Shown here: piece after piece, positions 9,922 through 19,302 of the stretch | Position numbering within the stretch: position 1 is the stretch's first letter | How the letters are laid out: the number at the start of each line of letters is the position of its first letter | Source: Oscillospiraceae bacterium | GTDB lineage: Bacteria > Bacillota > Clostridia > Saccharofermentanales > Fastidiosipilaceae | DNA: 64,000 nucleotides | Reading direction: 5' to 3' | NCBI GenBank assembly: GCA_040766665.1 | Contig: JAXGQD010000006.1 | Coordinates: forward strand, 83,093-147,092 | Translations under genes and position numbers: made by a program | Notes under the pieces: generated by a model | Databases searched by the model: none | Seen by the model: the letters and a program-made list of their open reading frames with translations, nothing else | What the model was told of the DNA's origin: nothing

Positions 9922-10941
9922 ATGCATATGAAAGCGCTGAGAAAAACACAAAAAGGAATAGGGTTTCTGGAATTGCAGGATATTTCCCCACCGGAAATTA
10001 ATGCTGGAGAACTCCTTGTAAAGGTCATGGCAACAGGCATTTGTGGCACAGATTTACACATAGAGGCAGACGAGTTTATGGTGAATCCTCCGGTGACTGT
10101 GGGACATGAATTTTGCGGAACGGTTGTACAGAAGGCAGACGATATCACAGAGTTTGAAATCGGTGACCGTGTTGTTTCCATGACCACCGTTTCGTCTTGC
10201 GGGAAATGTGACTATTGTTTATCGGAACGAGCATATCTCTGTGAACAACGGACCGCGATTGGGTGTTTAGTTAATGGAGGTTTTGCTGAGTATATAAAAG
10301 TACCATCCTCCACAAGTTTCAAGGTCCCTGACAATATCACAGATGACACAGCAGCGCTGACGGAACCACTGGCATGTGTTTGTCACAGCCTTCTTGTAAG
10401 AAACAAAATAAAAACTCAAGACCGAGTTTTCATTTCCGGTCCGGGTCCTATTGGACTGTTGGCTGCACAGGTATGTATAGCAGTAGGCGCTGAAGTAATG
10501 ATTGCCGGGACAAATAATGATCAATCGCGTCTTAATATTGCACGAGAAATTGGAGTTAAAGAGACAATAAATGTCCAGACAGATGAGATTCAAAAATATC
10601 TCAATGCTCCGTTCTTTGATCATGCGCTTGAGTGTAGTGGCCATGTTTCGTCTTTAAAAAACTGTTTGCTCGTACTAAAAAAAGGCGGACACTTAACTCA
10701 AATTGCACTCTATGGGCAAGACGTTCAATTTGATTTCGATTTATTAGTGCGTAAAGAAATAACAGTCCATACAGGTTTTACTTCTAGCCGAAAATCTTGG
10801 CGTTATGCTCTGGATTTACTTAGTAAAGGAAGTATAAATCTGGGCAAGTTGGTAAGTCACAGATTAGCTTTATCAGAATGGGAAAGCGGATTTAACTTGG
10901 TCAAAAGCAAGCAGGGATTAAAGATATTATTGCTTCCTTAA
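9922..10941 (+). CDS. Zn-dependent medium-chain alcohol/polyol dehydrogenase
   Basis: GICGTDLH, GHE and CGKCDYCLSERAYLC motifs. ATG at 9922 (or 9928) follows GGAGAAGAGG. Confidence 0.85.
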   Translation: MHMKALRKTQKGIGFLELQDISPPEINAGELLVKVMATGICGTDLHIEADEFMVNPPVTVGHEFCGTVVQKADDITEFEIGDRVVSMTTVSSCGKCDYCLSERAYLCEQRTAIGCLVNGGFAEYIKVPSSTSFKVPDNITDDTAALTEPLACVCHSLLVRNKIKTQDRVFISGPGPIGLLAAQVCIAVGAEVMIAGTNNDQSRLNIAREIGVKETINVQTDEIQKYLNAPFFDHALECSGHVSSLKNCLLVLKKGGHLTQIALYGQDVQFDFDLLVRKEITVHTGFTSSRKSWRYALDLLSKGSINLGKLVSHRLALSEWESGFNLVKSKQGLKILLLP

Positions 10942-11142
10942 ATGCGTTTTTTTGGCTTTTTTTGAACCGAAAAATGTCTAAAAAGCCTTATTTATCAGTA
11001 TTTTTTGAAATAAACCACTTAATGCTCGAGATTAGCATAAAAAGCTTTGTCACAGCCAATGCTTTATGCAAATAAACATCCTATGATTTAGCTAGGTAAG
11101 AAGTTTGCATCAATTTTTCAAACTAAAAAAGGAGATATATTT

Positions 11143-12555
11143 ATGCACGAATTGTTCTTAGATCTCAGAAAAAAACTCTTGTTTATCGACGCTCCCAAGT
11201 CTTTTAGTGCGGAAGCCGTCAAAGTACAAGACTTATTAAAAGAGAAGATTAAAACGGATAGCAAGCATGCTTACGACTATTCCCTCATTGCTTCAGATTT
11301 ATTTCTAGATCTGAACTCTTACCTTTTGCAATGGGTCATCAATCCGGCAATTGCTAAAGATGAATTAAAAGAAGAAGATTTGGAAATTGCTCGTAACGGA
11401 TTTTTAGACCTTGCTTCACATTTTGGTGGCAAAAGGCTGAGAGAAGCGACTTTGGAGGAATTAAAGAATATCCAGAAAAGCCAAACCCGCCGATTTAGCG
11501 AGCTATATGACAAAGGCGAATTAAAAACCGTGTATGGACATGATTTTGCCTATGGTTTGACATTTGGAATGCGTCGCGGAGCGCGTTGGGTAACTTCGAA
11601 CCCTGCGAAAATCTGTCTTTACGAGAAGGATTTACCGAAGGAATATAATCGTGTTTTAAGTGAGATTAAGGCAGAGAATGAATCCATTTCTGTAGAGGAT
11701 TTCACCTCAATGATTTTCACAAAGATATGTTCTTTATCGGCAAGAGAACTTAGACCTATTTTTGAACTAACCGATGGTGAATATGGTTTTGTCTGTGTGC
11801 AGGTTTCACCTCTACAGTATAAGAATACCGAAAAAATGGTTGCACAGGCAGATTACTGGTGGGAAGCTTTTAAGAAAGAGCTCAAAACCGACAAGCCCAA
11901 TATCGTGTTCAAACTGCCTGCAGTACCCGCATCAAAGGAAGCAGCAGAGGCCCTTATTGAACACGGCTATCGTATCTGCATGACGCTTGATTTCTCTGTT
12001 TCACAACATGAGATTTTTGCAGAAATTATCCAAAAAGGTGATAAGAGAGGCTACGTTGTTTTTATGGGCGGATATTTGGATGATGCTGTTAAGAAAGAAT
12101 TAATTGCCAAAGGCTGGCCGGAAGAGGAAGCTGTTATGGTTTCCAGGCACGCGTCTGAAGCGGTGATAAGAAAATCTTACAATAATTTAAAGAATAAGGG
12201 CTATGACAAAGTTTCTATTATGACAGCAGCTGTGCGTGGGCCCTGGTCAATGATAAATTCACTCTCTCCAGGTGACGGACAGACTATTCTTATTACAACC
12301 ACAAAAGAAAATATCGACCTATTTGACAGTGAAGAACGTATTTTGGAACCTGTATTGGATCAAGCTACGGAAAAAGAGTATATGGATAAACTGGTTCAGA
12401 GTGATGTGTTTAACAAGGCATACGCTGACTTATCCAGCGGGGATTTTGGATTCGATAATCCTTATGACTATCCTCCTTTAGTCAACGTTCAGAGTGGTTT
12501 TGAAAATAATTATAGACAAACCAGCAAGACAGCCGAAGACATGCTCGCATATTAA
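11143..12555 (+). CDS. Atypical long transaldolase-superfamily protein (470 aa)
   Basis: Motifs line up with classical transaldolase blocks: VTSNPAKI with TTNPS, FKLPAV with the Schiff-base Lys block, CMTLDFS with NLTLLFS. TSNP-to-Lys spacing is about 100 aa, as in TalB. There is an extra N-terminal region of about 110-120 aa. Strong AGGAG RBS. Confidence 0.6.
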   Translation: MHELFLDLRKKLLFIDAPKSFSAEAVKVQDLLKEKIKTDSKHAYDYSLIASDLFLDLNSYLLQWVINPAIAKDELKEEDLEIARNGFLDLASHFGGKRLREATLEELKNIQKSQTRRFSELYDKGELKTVYGHDFAYGLTFGMRRGARWVTSNPAKICLYEKDLPKEYNRVLSEIKAENESISVEDFTSMIFTKICSLSARELRPIFELTDGEYGFVCVQVSPLQYKNTEKMVAQADYWWEAFKKELKTDKPNIVFKLPAVPASKEAAEALIEHGYRICMTLDFSVSQHEIFAEIIQKGDKRGYVVFMGGYLDDAVKKELIAKGWPEEEAVMVSRHASEAVIRKSYNNLKNKGYDKVSIMTAAVRGPWSMINSLSPGDGQTILITTTKENIDLFDSEERILEPVLDQATEKEYMDKLVQSDVFNKAYADLSSGDFGFDNPYDYPPLVNVQSGFENNYRQTSKTAEDMLAY

Positions 12556-12573
12556 GTAAGGAGATATAAGGTC

Positions 12574-13941
12574 ATGACAGCACAAGAAACCGTTCAAAGT
12601 ATGGTTGACAAAGCCAGAGTCGCACAGTCAGAAGTAGAAAAGTATAGCCAGGAACAAATCGATCAACTGGTTAAGGCTATTGCTAAAGCCGTTTTTGATG
12701 AAGCGATACCCTTGGCAGAAATGGCCGTAGAAGAAACCCGCATGGGTAGAGTAGACCATAAAATTAAGAAAAATCTAGGCAAGGCAAGAATCCTGTGGTC
12801 ACATTTAAAGGGCAAGAAGAGTGTGGGCATTATACGTTACATTGAAGAAGAAGGCATCGTGGAAGTGGCTAAGCCAATGGGAGTCATTGGCTCTATTACA
12901 CCTACAACGAATCCTATAGTGACACCGATGTGCAATGCGATGTTTGCTATTAAAGGTAGAAATGCAGTAATTATCAGCCCTCACCCTCGTGCCAAAAAAT
13001 GCAGTTACCGTACAGTAGAGCTCATGAATGAAGCATTAGAGAAACTGGGTGCACCTCAAAATCTTATTCAGTGTATTCAAGAACCATCGGTTGAACTATC
13101 ATCCAATGTCATGAAACTAACGGACGTGTGCATTTCTACTGGTGGCATGGGAATGGTGAAGGCGGCATATTCTTCCGGAAAACCAGCATTCGGCGTGGGT
13201 GTTGGTAATGTGCAGTGCATCTTAGATAGAGATATTGACCTAGATAAGGCCGTCCAAAGTATCATTGACGGCAGAGAATTTGACCATGGTATCATCTGTT
13301 CGTGTGAACAAACGACCATCACACCTCAGGAAGATATGGATAAAGTAAAAGCGCTTTTTACCAAGTATGGCGCCTATGTTGCAGATAAAGTCGATGAAGT
13401 TAAAAAACTTCGCGAAACGCTGTTCCCTGACGGTGTAATGAATAAAGACTGTGTAGGAAAATCAGCCTACGATGTTGCAAAACTTGCTGGCATTGATGTG
13501 CCGCAAGAGACTCGTATCATTGTAGTCCAGCCTGAACAGTATGGCGATTTAGACCTACTATCTAAAGAAAAAATGTGCCCAGTTATCTCTATCTATCCAT
13601 ACTCTGAATGGGACGAAGCGATAAAAATTGCAAAAGAAAACTTAGAATTTGAAGGAAAAGGCCATTCGGTTTGCATTCACTCTAATAACAAGGAACATAT
13701 TGAAGCAGCTTCATTGGTCTTGCCTGTCTCACGCTTTCTCATCAACCAAACATGTGCCACTTCAAATGGCGGGAGTTTTGCGAATGGTTTGTCCGCAACG
13801 ACGACCCTAGGTTGTGGCAGCTGGGGTAACAATTCCATTTCTGAAAATCTGAGTTATAAACATCTCTTTAATGTGAGCAGAATTGCTTATGTGAAATCTA
13901 ACGCTCATGTTCCCAATGATGACGAGCTTTGGGGGGACTAA
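12574..13941 (+). CDS. CoA-acylating aldehyde/semialdehyde dehydrogenase (Clostridium kluyveri SucD / SauS / EutE type)
   Basis: 455 aa. End-to-end resemblance to acylating succinate-semialdehyde dehydrogenase as I recall it: TPTTNPIVTPMCNAM, the catalytic-Cys block DHGIICSCEQ, and C-terminal TTLGCGSWGNNSISENL. Confidence 0.8.
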   Translation: MTAQETVQSMVDKARVAQSEVEKYSQEQIDQLVKAIAKAVFDEAIPLAEMAVEETRMGRVDHKIKKNLGKARILWSHLKGKKSVGIIRYIEEEGIVEVAKPMGVIGSITPTTNPIVTPMCNAMFAIKGRNAVIISPHPRAKKCSYRTVELMNEALEKLGAPQNLIQCIQEPSVELSSNVMKLTDVCISTGGMGMVKAAYSSGKPAFGVGVGNVQCILDRDIDLDKAVQSIIDGREFDHGIICSCEQTTITPQEDMDKVKALFTKYGAYVADKVDEVKKLRETLFPDGVMNKDCVGKSAYDVAKLAGIDVPQETRIIVVQPEQYGDLDLLSKEKMCPVISIYPYSEWDEAIKIAKENLEFEGKGHSVCIHSNNKEHIEAASLVLPVSRFLINQTCATSNGGSFANGLSATTTLGCGSWGNNSISENLSYKHLFNVSRIAYVKSNAHVPNDDELWGD

Positions 13942-13944
13942 TAG

Positions 13945-15096
13945 ATGAATCTACTCGAATATCAAGCCCGGGAGCTCTTTAAACAATTCGCCATACCGAC
14001 AATGAAGGCTGCTACGGTTTCGAGTCATGACGATTTTATAGTAGAAGTCAAAAAAGCAGGCTTAGAGTATCCTCTTGTAGCTAAGGTTCAAATCCCTGCG
14101 GGTAAGCGTGGCAAGGCTGGCGGCGTTCGTTTTGCCGATAATGAAAATGAACTCAGTCAACACCTGAAGGATTTACTCCATAAAGAGATGCTCGGTTTTA
14201 CCGTTAATGAAGTCATGATAGTTGAAAAAGCACGATATGAGAAGGAGTTCTACTTATCTATCATGCTGGATCGACTCAGCAAGATGCCTATGCTTATCTT
14301 TTCAACATCGGGCGGTATGGATATAGAAGAGGTGGCTAAAGAAAAACCCGACCAGGTCATCAAGCTTACGATTGACCCCTTAATCGGTGTTAGCGATTAT
14401 CATGTGCGTTACCTCAGCTCACAAGCGAAGTTAGGGAGTGAGCTACAGAAGCCACTTTTAAGTCTCATAAAGAAGCTTTACGCATGCTTTATGACCTATG
14501 ACTGTTTGCTCTGTGAAATAAACCCTTTGGTCGTTACGGAAGAAGCGGATTTTATTGCAATTGACGGGAAAGTTCAAATAGATGACAGCTCTTTGTTTAG
14601 GCATCAAGATATGCAGAGTATTAAAGAGAAAGCACATGAGGAACCCTTGGTAAAAGAAGCAGAACTTTATAACTTTTTATACATCCCAGTAGAAAAAGGT
14701 GGGAAAGTTGCAGTCATGTCGAACGGATCCGGCATGCTCATGAGCTGCATAGACTTAATTTCAAAAGAAGGTTATGCGGTAGCCGCTGCTCTAGACTTAG
14801 GTGGTGGTTCAACCTCCGATAGAATTAAGGAAGCTTTGAGGATCTTGTTCTCTACCGAAGGTGTGGAATCAGTCATGATTAACATCTTCGGAGGGATAAC
14901 CCGTTGTGACGAAGTGGCTAACGGGATAGTTAAGGCATGGAATAATTTAGACAAGACAAAATCCATCATTGTTAGATTGGAAGGTACAAATAAGGAACTT
15001 GGTTTGGAAATATTGCAGCCACTTAGCGCCAATATCATCACAGTACCGGGTTTAAGGGAAGCCGTTAGCACATTGGTGGAAAGGCTGAAAAAATGA
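13945..15096 (+). CDS. ADP-forming acyl-CoA ligase, beta subunit (SucC-like ATP-grasp)
   Basis: MNLLEYQARELF... N-terminus typical of succinyl-CoA synthetase beta. 383 aa. Translationally coupled to the alpha subunit. Confidence 0.8.
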   Translation: MNLLEYQARELFKQFAIPTMKAATVSSHDDFIVEVKKAGLEYPLVAKVQIPAGKRGKAGGVRFADNENELSQHLKDLLHKEMLGFTVNEVMIVEKARYEKEFYLSIMLDRLSKMPMLIFSTSGGMDIEEVAKEKPDQVIKLTIDPLIGVSDYHVRYLSSQAKLGSELQKPLLSLIKKLYACFMTYDCLLCEINPLVVTEEADFIAIDGKVQIDDSSLFRHQDMQSIKEKAHEEPLVKEAELYNFLYIPVEKGGKVAVMSNGSGMLMSCIDLISKEGYAVAAALDLGGGSTSDRIKEALRILFSTEGVESVMINIFGGITRCDEVANGIVKAWNNLDKTKSIIVRLEGTNKELGLEILQPLSANIITVPGLREAVSTLVERLKK

Positions 15097-15980
15097 GTAT
15101 TCTTATTGATCAAAATACCCGTGTGATAGTTCAGGGCATAACTGGTAGAGAAGGTACATTTCATACAGAGCAAATGTTGGAGTATGGTACGAATATTGTT
15201 GCAGGAGTAACCCCCGGGAAAGGCGGACAAGTTGTTTTAGGTATACCGGTGTATGACACTGTGCTGGAGGCAAAAAATGCAACTGGCGCGAATGCGAGTG
15301 TTGTGTTTGTCCCTGCAAAATTTACCGCAGCATCAATTAAAGAAGCAATTGAAGCGGGCATCCCCCAAATATTTACCATCGCGGAACATGTTCCGGTTCA
15401 TGACATGATGCATTGCTATCACTTGGCAAAGGCACGCAACATTCGCCTCTTCGGTCCCAACTCATTTGGGGTCATCTCTCCCGGAAAGTGCAAAGTCGGC
15501 TTTATGGCGCATCGCATTTTCAGTCCGGGTCATGTCGGTGTAATGAGCCGCTCAGCTACGAATTGTTATGAAACGGTTTTTATGTTGACGAATCATGGCA
15601 TTGGTCAGTCTACTTGTGTCGGCAACGGCGGGGACATGATACCCGGTTCTGCTTTTGTTGATGTGATACCGGACTTTGAGGCCGATCCAGAGACTGACTG
15701 CATGATCATCATCGGTGAAATCGGGGGCAATGAAGAGGAGCTTGCTGCTTCTTATATCAAAAACTATGTGAAGAAACCGGTGATTGCGCTTATTGCCGGG
15801 AAGAATGCCCCGAAAGGCAAAAGCATGGGTCATGCAGGTGCAATCGTGTCAGCTGACGGAACGGGTAGTGCCGAGAGCAAAGAAAATGCACTACGTGAAT
15901 CCGGTGCCATAATTGCTAACAGTACTCAGGAAATTGTTGAAATTATTGCCCAGTTAAAAGCTGATGGGAAGATAAGATAA
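15093..15980 (+). CDS. ADP-forming acyl-CoA ligase, alpha subunit (SucD-like)
   Basis: VIVQGITGREGTFHT and GVTPGKGG motifs, plus the phosphohistidine loop GHAGAIV. The SRSATNCYE block deviates from the canonical SRSGTLTYE. Confidence 0.8.
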   Translation: MSILIDQNTRVIVQGITGREGTFHTEQMLEYGTNIVAGVTPGKGGQVVLGIPVYDTVLEAKNATGANASVVFVPAKFTAASIKEAIEAGIPQIFTIAEHVPVHDMMHCYHLAKARNIRLFGPNSFGVISPGKCKVGFMAHRIFSPGHVGVMSRSATNCYETVFMLTNHGIGQSTCVGNGGDMIPGSAFVDVIPDFEADPETDCMIIIGEIGGNEEELAASYIKNYVKKPVIALIAGKNAPKGKSMGHAGAIVSADGTGSAESKENALRESGAIIANSTQEIVEIIAQLKADGKIR

Positions 15981-16133
15981 TTTTCTTACCTCTGCACTAA
16001 CTTGGAATCAACATTTCAGTTATCGTTTTGCTCTTGGGTTATCACGAAGATTACAAAATCAGATTAGTTTGGGTCCAAGTGACTAGCCTAAGAGCATTTT
16101 TTATTCTTGCTGCTACTATCAAGAAATCTAGAA

Positions 16134-17096
16134 TCATGTAAAGTATCGCTGGTTGACGCAATTGAAGGGGTCATGACCTGACAGTACGTTAACGACTTCT
16201 TCGGCAACCTTTCTTTGTAAAGAATTAATAGCAGTTTCGCTATACCAAGCGCTATGAGGTGTAGCGATAACATTATCCATTTGTAGCAAAGGATTGGTCT
16301 GCTCCACCGGTTCGCTTTCATATACGTCGAGGCCAGCTCCTGCAATAATTTTTTCGGAAAGAGCTTCAATTAATGCCTGTTCGTTGATAATGCCTCCTCG
16401 CGCAGTGTTAATTATGAATGCAGTCGATTTCATTTGCTGTAGTTCTTTTTTGTCTATTAGATGATGTGTTTCTTCCGTTAGTGGGCAATGGATGGAAACA
16501 AAGTCACTAGTTCTCAGTAACTCTTCTAAGTCTGTTTTTCTCACGTTCATTTTTGAAGCTGATTGTTCATCCAAGTAAGGGTCATAGGCCATTATTTTCA
16601 TACCAAAAGCTTGCATCTTAGCTGCAAGCATTTGCGGTATACGTCCAAAACCGATCAAGCCCAATGTACAATGGGAAAACCTAAATAAGGGAACAACGCT
16701 TGAGTAACCCCAATCCCCGTTCTTTAGGGCCTTGGTTAAGATTGGCAATTTTTTCCCCAGTGCAAGAATCATGGCACTTGCCTGGTCTGACACTTCCTCT
16801 ATGCAATAATCAGGGACGTTACAGACAAAAATCCCCTTTCTGCCGGCTGCCTCACTATCAATGTTATTGTAGCCAATTCCATATCTGATGATTATCTTGC
16901 AATTCTCCATTTGTTCAATGACTTGCGCATTAATATCTGCGTATTGGGTGATAACGGCATCAGCATCTCTTATTACAGAATATAGTTCTTTGGGTTCTTT
17001 GAGCTGATAAGTTAATAATTCGTGCCCCGCTGTTTCGATGATGGATCGCTCAGAATTGACATCTTCATATTGATAATCTGTAATTACGACTTTCAT
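16134..17096 (-). CDS. D-isomer-specific 2-hydroxyacid dehydrogenase family protein
   Basis: GLIGFGRIPQ NAD-binding motif and family-typical length. I chose ATG at 17096 (MKVVITDY); the track start is a TTG. Confidence 0.8.
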   Translation of the reverse strand: MKVVITDYQYEDVNSERSIIETAGHELLTYQLKEPKELYSVIRDADAVITQYADINAQVIEQMENCKIIIRYGIGYNNIDSEAAGRKGIFVCNVPDYCIEEVSDQASAMILALGKKLPILTKALKNGDWGYSSVVPLFRFSHCTLGLIGFGRIPQMLAAKMQAFGMKIMAYDPYLDEQSASKMNVRKTDLEELLRTSDFVSIHCPLTEETHHLIDKKELQQMKSTAFIINTARGGIINEQALIEALSEKIIAGAGLDVYESEPVEQTNPLLQMDNVIATPHSAWYSETAINSLQRKVAEEVVNVLSGHDPFNCVNQRYFT

Positions 17097-17141
17097 ACTT
17101 TGTTTGTTCCTGCCTTTCAACTGTTTATTCTCTTCAACTTA

Positions 17142-18152
17142 TCAAAGTAAGTGCTTTTTTTCCGCTACGAGATAGGCGCCCAATGCTGAAGCTGAAAACC
17201 CTTCTTGTGGTTCAAAAGTTTCGATTTTTGCAAATACATTTTCATACTTCAGTATTTCTAGTATTGCTTCTTGTAAAGGTGCTTTACCGCAGACGACAAC
17301 ATGTGTTTGAGGAGTTGCAGAAAGTGCGGACGAGTTTTTAATTGCTTCTATGTCACCCACCAATGACGCACCAAGTATATAGTTTGCAATTTTAACCGGA
17401 TTTTTCTCGTTGAATAACGAAAGAATTCTTCCTGAAAAACAGGCTCGACCTAAACCAACTTTCTTAGCATTACTGTAACCCAGAAGCATCCACTGTAAAT
17501 CAAACTCGGTAGCTGATACGAAATTTTTATTGACGGACTTTGCAATAATTGTTTCATTTGTGATTGCAGATAGAATTTCACCAGATATAGAAGTCAGACA
17601 TCCGGTAATTTGGCGTTTCTCATTTACCGCAACGAACTTATTATGTGAACCCGGTAAAACAATTATCAGCGGATTGCCTTCATGAACTGCCTCAATAATC
17701 CCTAAACTTTCTGTTTCTTCACCGCGCATGATGTCCATTGCTTCATAATTTTTGAAATTGAGCGCAAGTTCGTCAAAATTTTTAATACCAGGAATGAAAT
17801 AAATTGGGAGGGGACAGATCTCCGGCAAAAGAAGAGGCTTGGTGGCATTAGCAATATCATCTAAAGATGCAGGTGCCAAAAGATGCGGCACAACGACCAG
17901 TCCTACGTCAGAAGTAATCATCCCACTGGCAATAATTAAAATGATATCAGAATATGTCAAAGCGCTACCACTTAACAATTCTTCCAAGCTTTGCTTTACT
18001 GCAGTTTTTAGGCGACTATTGTTACCATCTATTGCTGTGTTTCTAACTCCCACATCTTTTCTGGTTTCTGCTATTTTATTTTTAGACGTGTCCCATAGTA
18101 CTGCTCGAGTATTCGTAGTGCCTCCGTCGATCGTTATAATGTATTTCATCAT
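17142..18152 (-). CDS. 2-dehydro-3-deoxygalactonokinase-like sugar-acid kinase (DgoK family)
   Basis: N-terminus MMKYIITIDGGTTNTR (ASKHA phosphate-1 motif), about 335 aa. GAGGAGG RBS before ATG at 18152. Confidence 0.65.
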   Translation of the reverse strand: MMKYIITIDGGTTNTRAVLWDTSKNKIAETRKDVGVRNTAIDGNNSRLKTAVKQSLEELLSGSALTYSDIILIIASGMITSDVGLVVVPHLLAPASLDDIANATKPLLLPEICPLPIYFIPGIKNFDELALNFKNYEAMDIMRGEETESLGIIEAVHEGNPLIIVLPGSHNKFVAVNEKRQITGCLTSISGEILSAITNETIIAKSVNKNFVSATEFDLQWMLLGYSNAKKVGLGRACFSGRILSLFNEKNPVKIANYILGASLVGDIEAIKNSSALSATPQTHVVVCGKAPLQEAILEILKYENVFAKIETFEPQEGFSASALGAYLVAEKKHLL

Positions 18153-18197
18153 TTTTGTCCTCCTCATGGTTATAAATGACAAATAAAAACTTAGAAA

Positions 18198-19067
18198 TTA
18201 ATCAATTAGTTTGTATGTTTTAAATGCATTTCTAGTCTCATGTAATTGCTTTATGGTATGTTTGGCATATCGAATACTGATCATTGTAAAAAGAGCATCG
18301 ATCAAACAAAACTGAGCAATACGCGAGTTCATCGAATCTGTAAGCGATTTCACTTCTTCACTATCAATGCTTAATACGCAGTATGAAAGATTTGCCAAGC
18401 TAGACTGCTCACTCCCTGTTATCAGAACCACTTTTAATCCCTTCCCCACGGCTAAATTGACTTGTTTATACACATCAGCTGTTTCCCCTGACTGAGAGAT
18501 ACACAGTACGACATCAGTTTCATTTGCGTTGGCAAGGAGAGCGACATTGAAATGTGCGTCCAAATTGTATACGCATCTGACTCCAACTTCAGTTAAACGG
18601 AAATAAGCATATTGACACAAGGCAGAAGAAGCCCCGTGGCCAATGATGATAACCTTGCTTGCTTCATACAAAAGCTCCTGAGCGGTAATGCATTCCTCAA
18701 TCTGATTTGATGCATTCTTTAGTAAGGTATTGACGGCTCCCATAAAAACCTTACTTTTAATTTCACCGGCACTATCATCAAAAGTTATGTCTGTTTCTGA
18801 ATGATAGAATGTTCGGCTAGCAAGCTCTTGGGTGAGTATGAGCTTGAATTCCTTGAACGATTTATAGCCCAGCACCTGGTAGAAACTAACGATAGAGGCT
18901 TCGCTTTTATAGTTGGTGTGTGTTAATAATTCGCTAATGGTCTGTTTTACTACCTCAGCAGCATTTTTACTTATGTAATTAGCCAGTTGTTTTTGGCTTT
19001 TAGAGAGCGTGGGATAAGTTTGTTTAATTCTGTCAAGCACAGAATTGTCTTTGTGAGAATCATCCAT
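18198..19067 (-). CDS. RpiR/MurR-family transcriptional regulator (HTH + SIS domain)
   Basis: N-terminal HTH (LSKSQKQLANYI) and a SIS-like IIIGHGASSAL segment. Confidence 0.8.
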   Translation of the reverse strand: MDDSHKDNSVLDRIKQTYPTLSKSQKQLANYISKNAAEVVKQTISELLTHTNYKSEASIVSFYQVLGYKSFKEFKLILTQELASRTFYHSETDITFDDSAGEIKSKVFMGAVNTLLKNASNQIEECITAQELLYEASKVIIIGHGASSALCQYAYFRLTEVGVRCVYNLDAHFNVALLANANETDVVLCISQSGETADVYKQVNLAVGKGLKVVLITGSEQSSLANLSYCVLSIDSEEVKSLTDSMNSRIAQFCLIDALFTMISIRYAKHTIKQLHETRNAFKTYKLID

Positions 19068-19302
19068 AGTTGTACCTCATTAAAAAGATTCACCGGAAGA
19101 TTTATTAACAATAGTATAATCGAAAATCATTATAAAATAAAATTATTTCGAAAATATTGAACAATTCGTTAAAGACAGAGTGAAATTTAGGCTGAAACTA
19201 GAAAATAATAAAATTATTTCATTATTTTCTGTATATTTAATTATGATGTCATGGTTTAATGATGAATGGAGCCATGTCTTTTGCATTAATAGAGGTGATT
19301 AA

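Noticed and set aside
10942-11142. Possible riboswitch or leader upstream of the transaldolase-like gene (ATGCAAA...TTTGCAT inverted repeat, small hairpins)
   Set aside because: The pairings are short and AT-rich with no recognisable riboswitch core. They cannot be distinguished from chance by eye.
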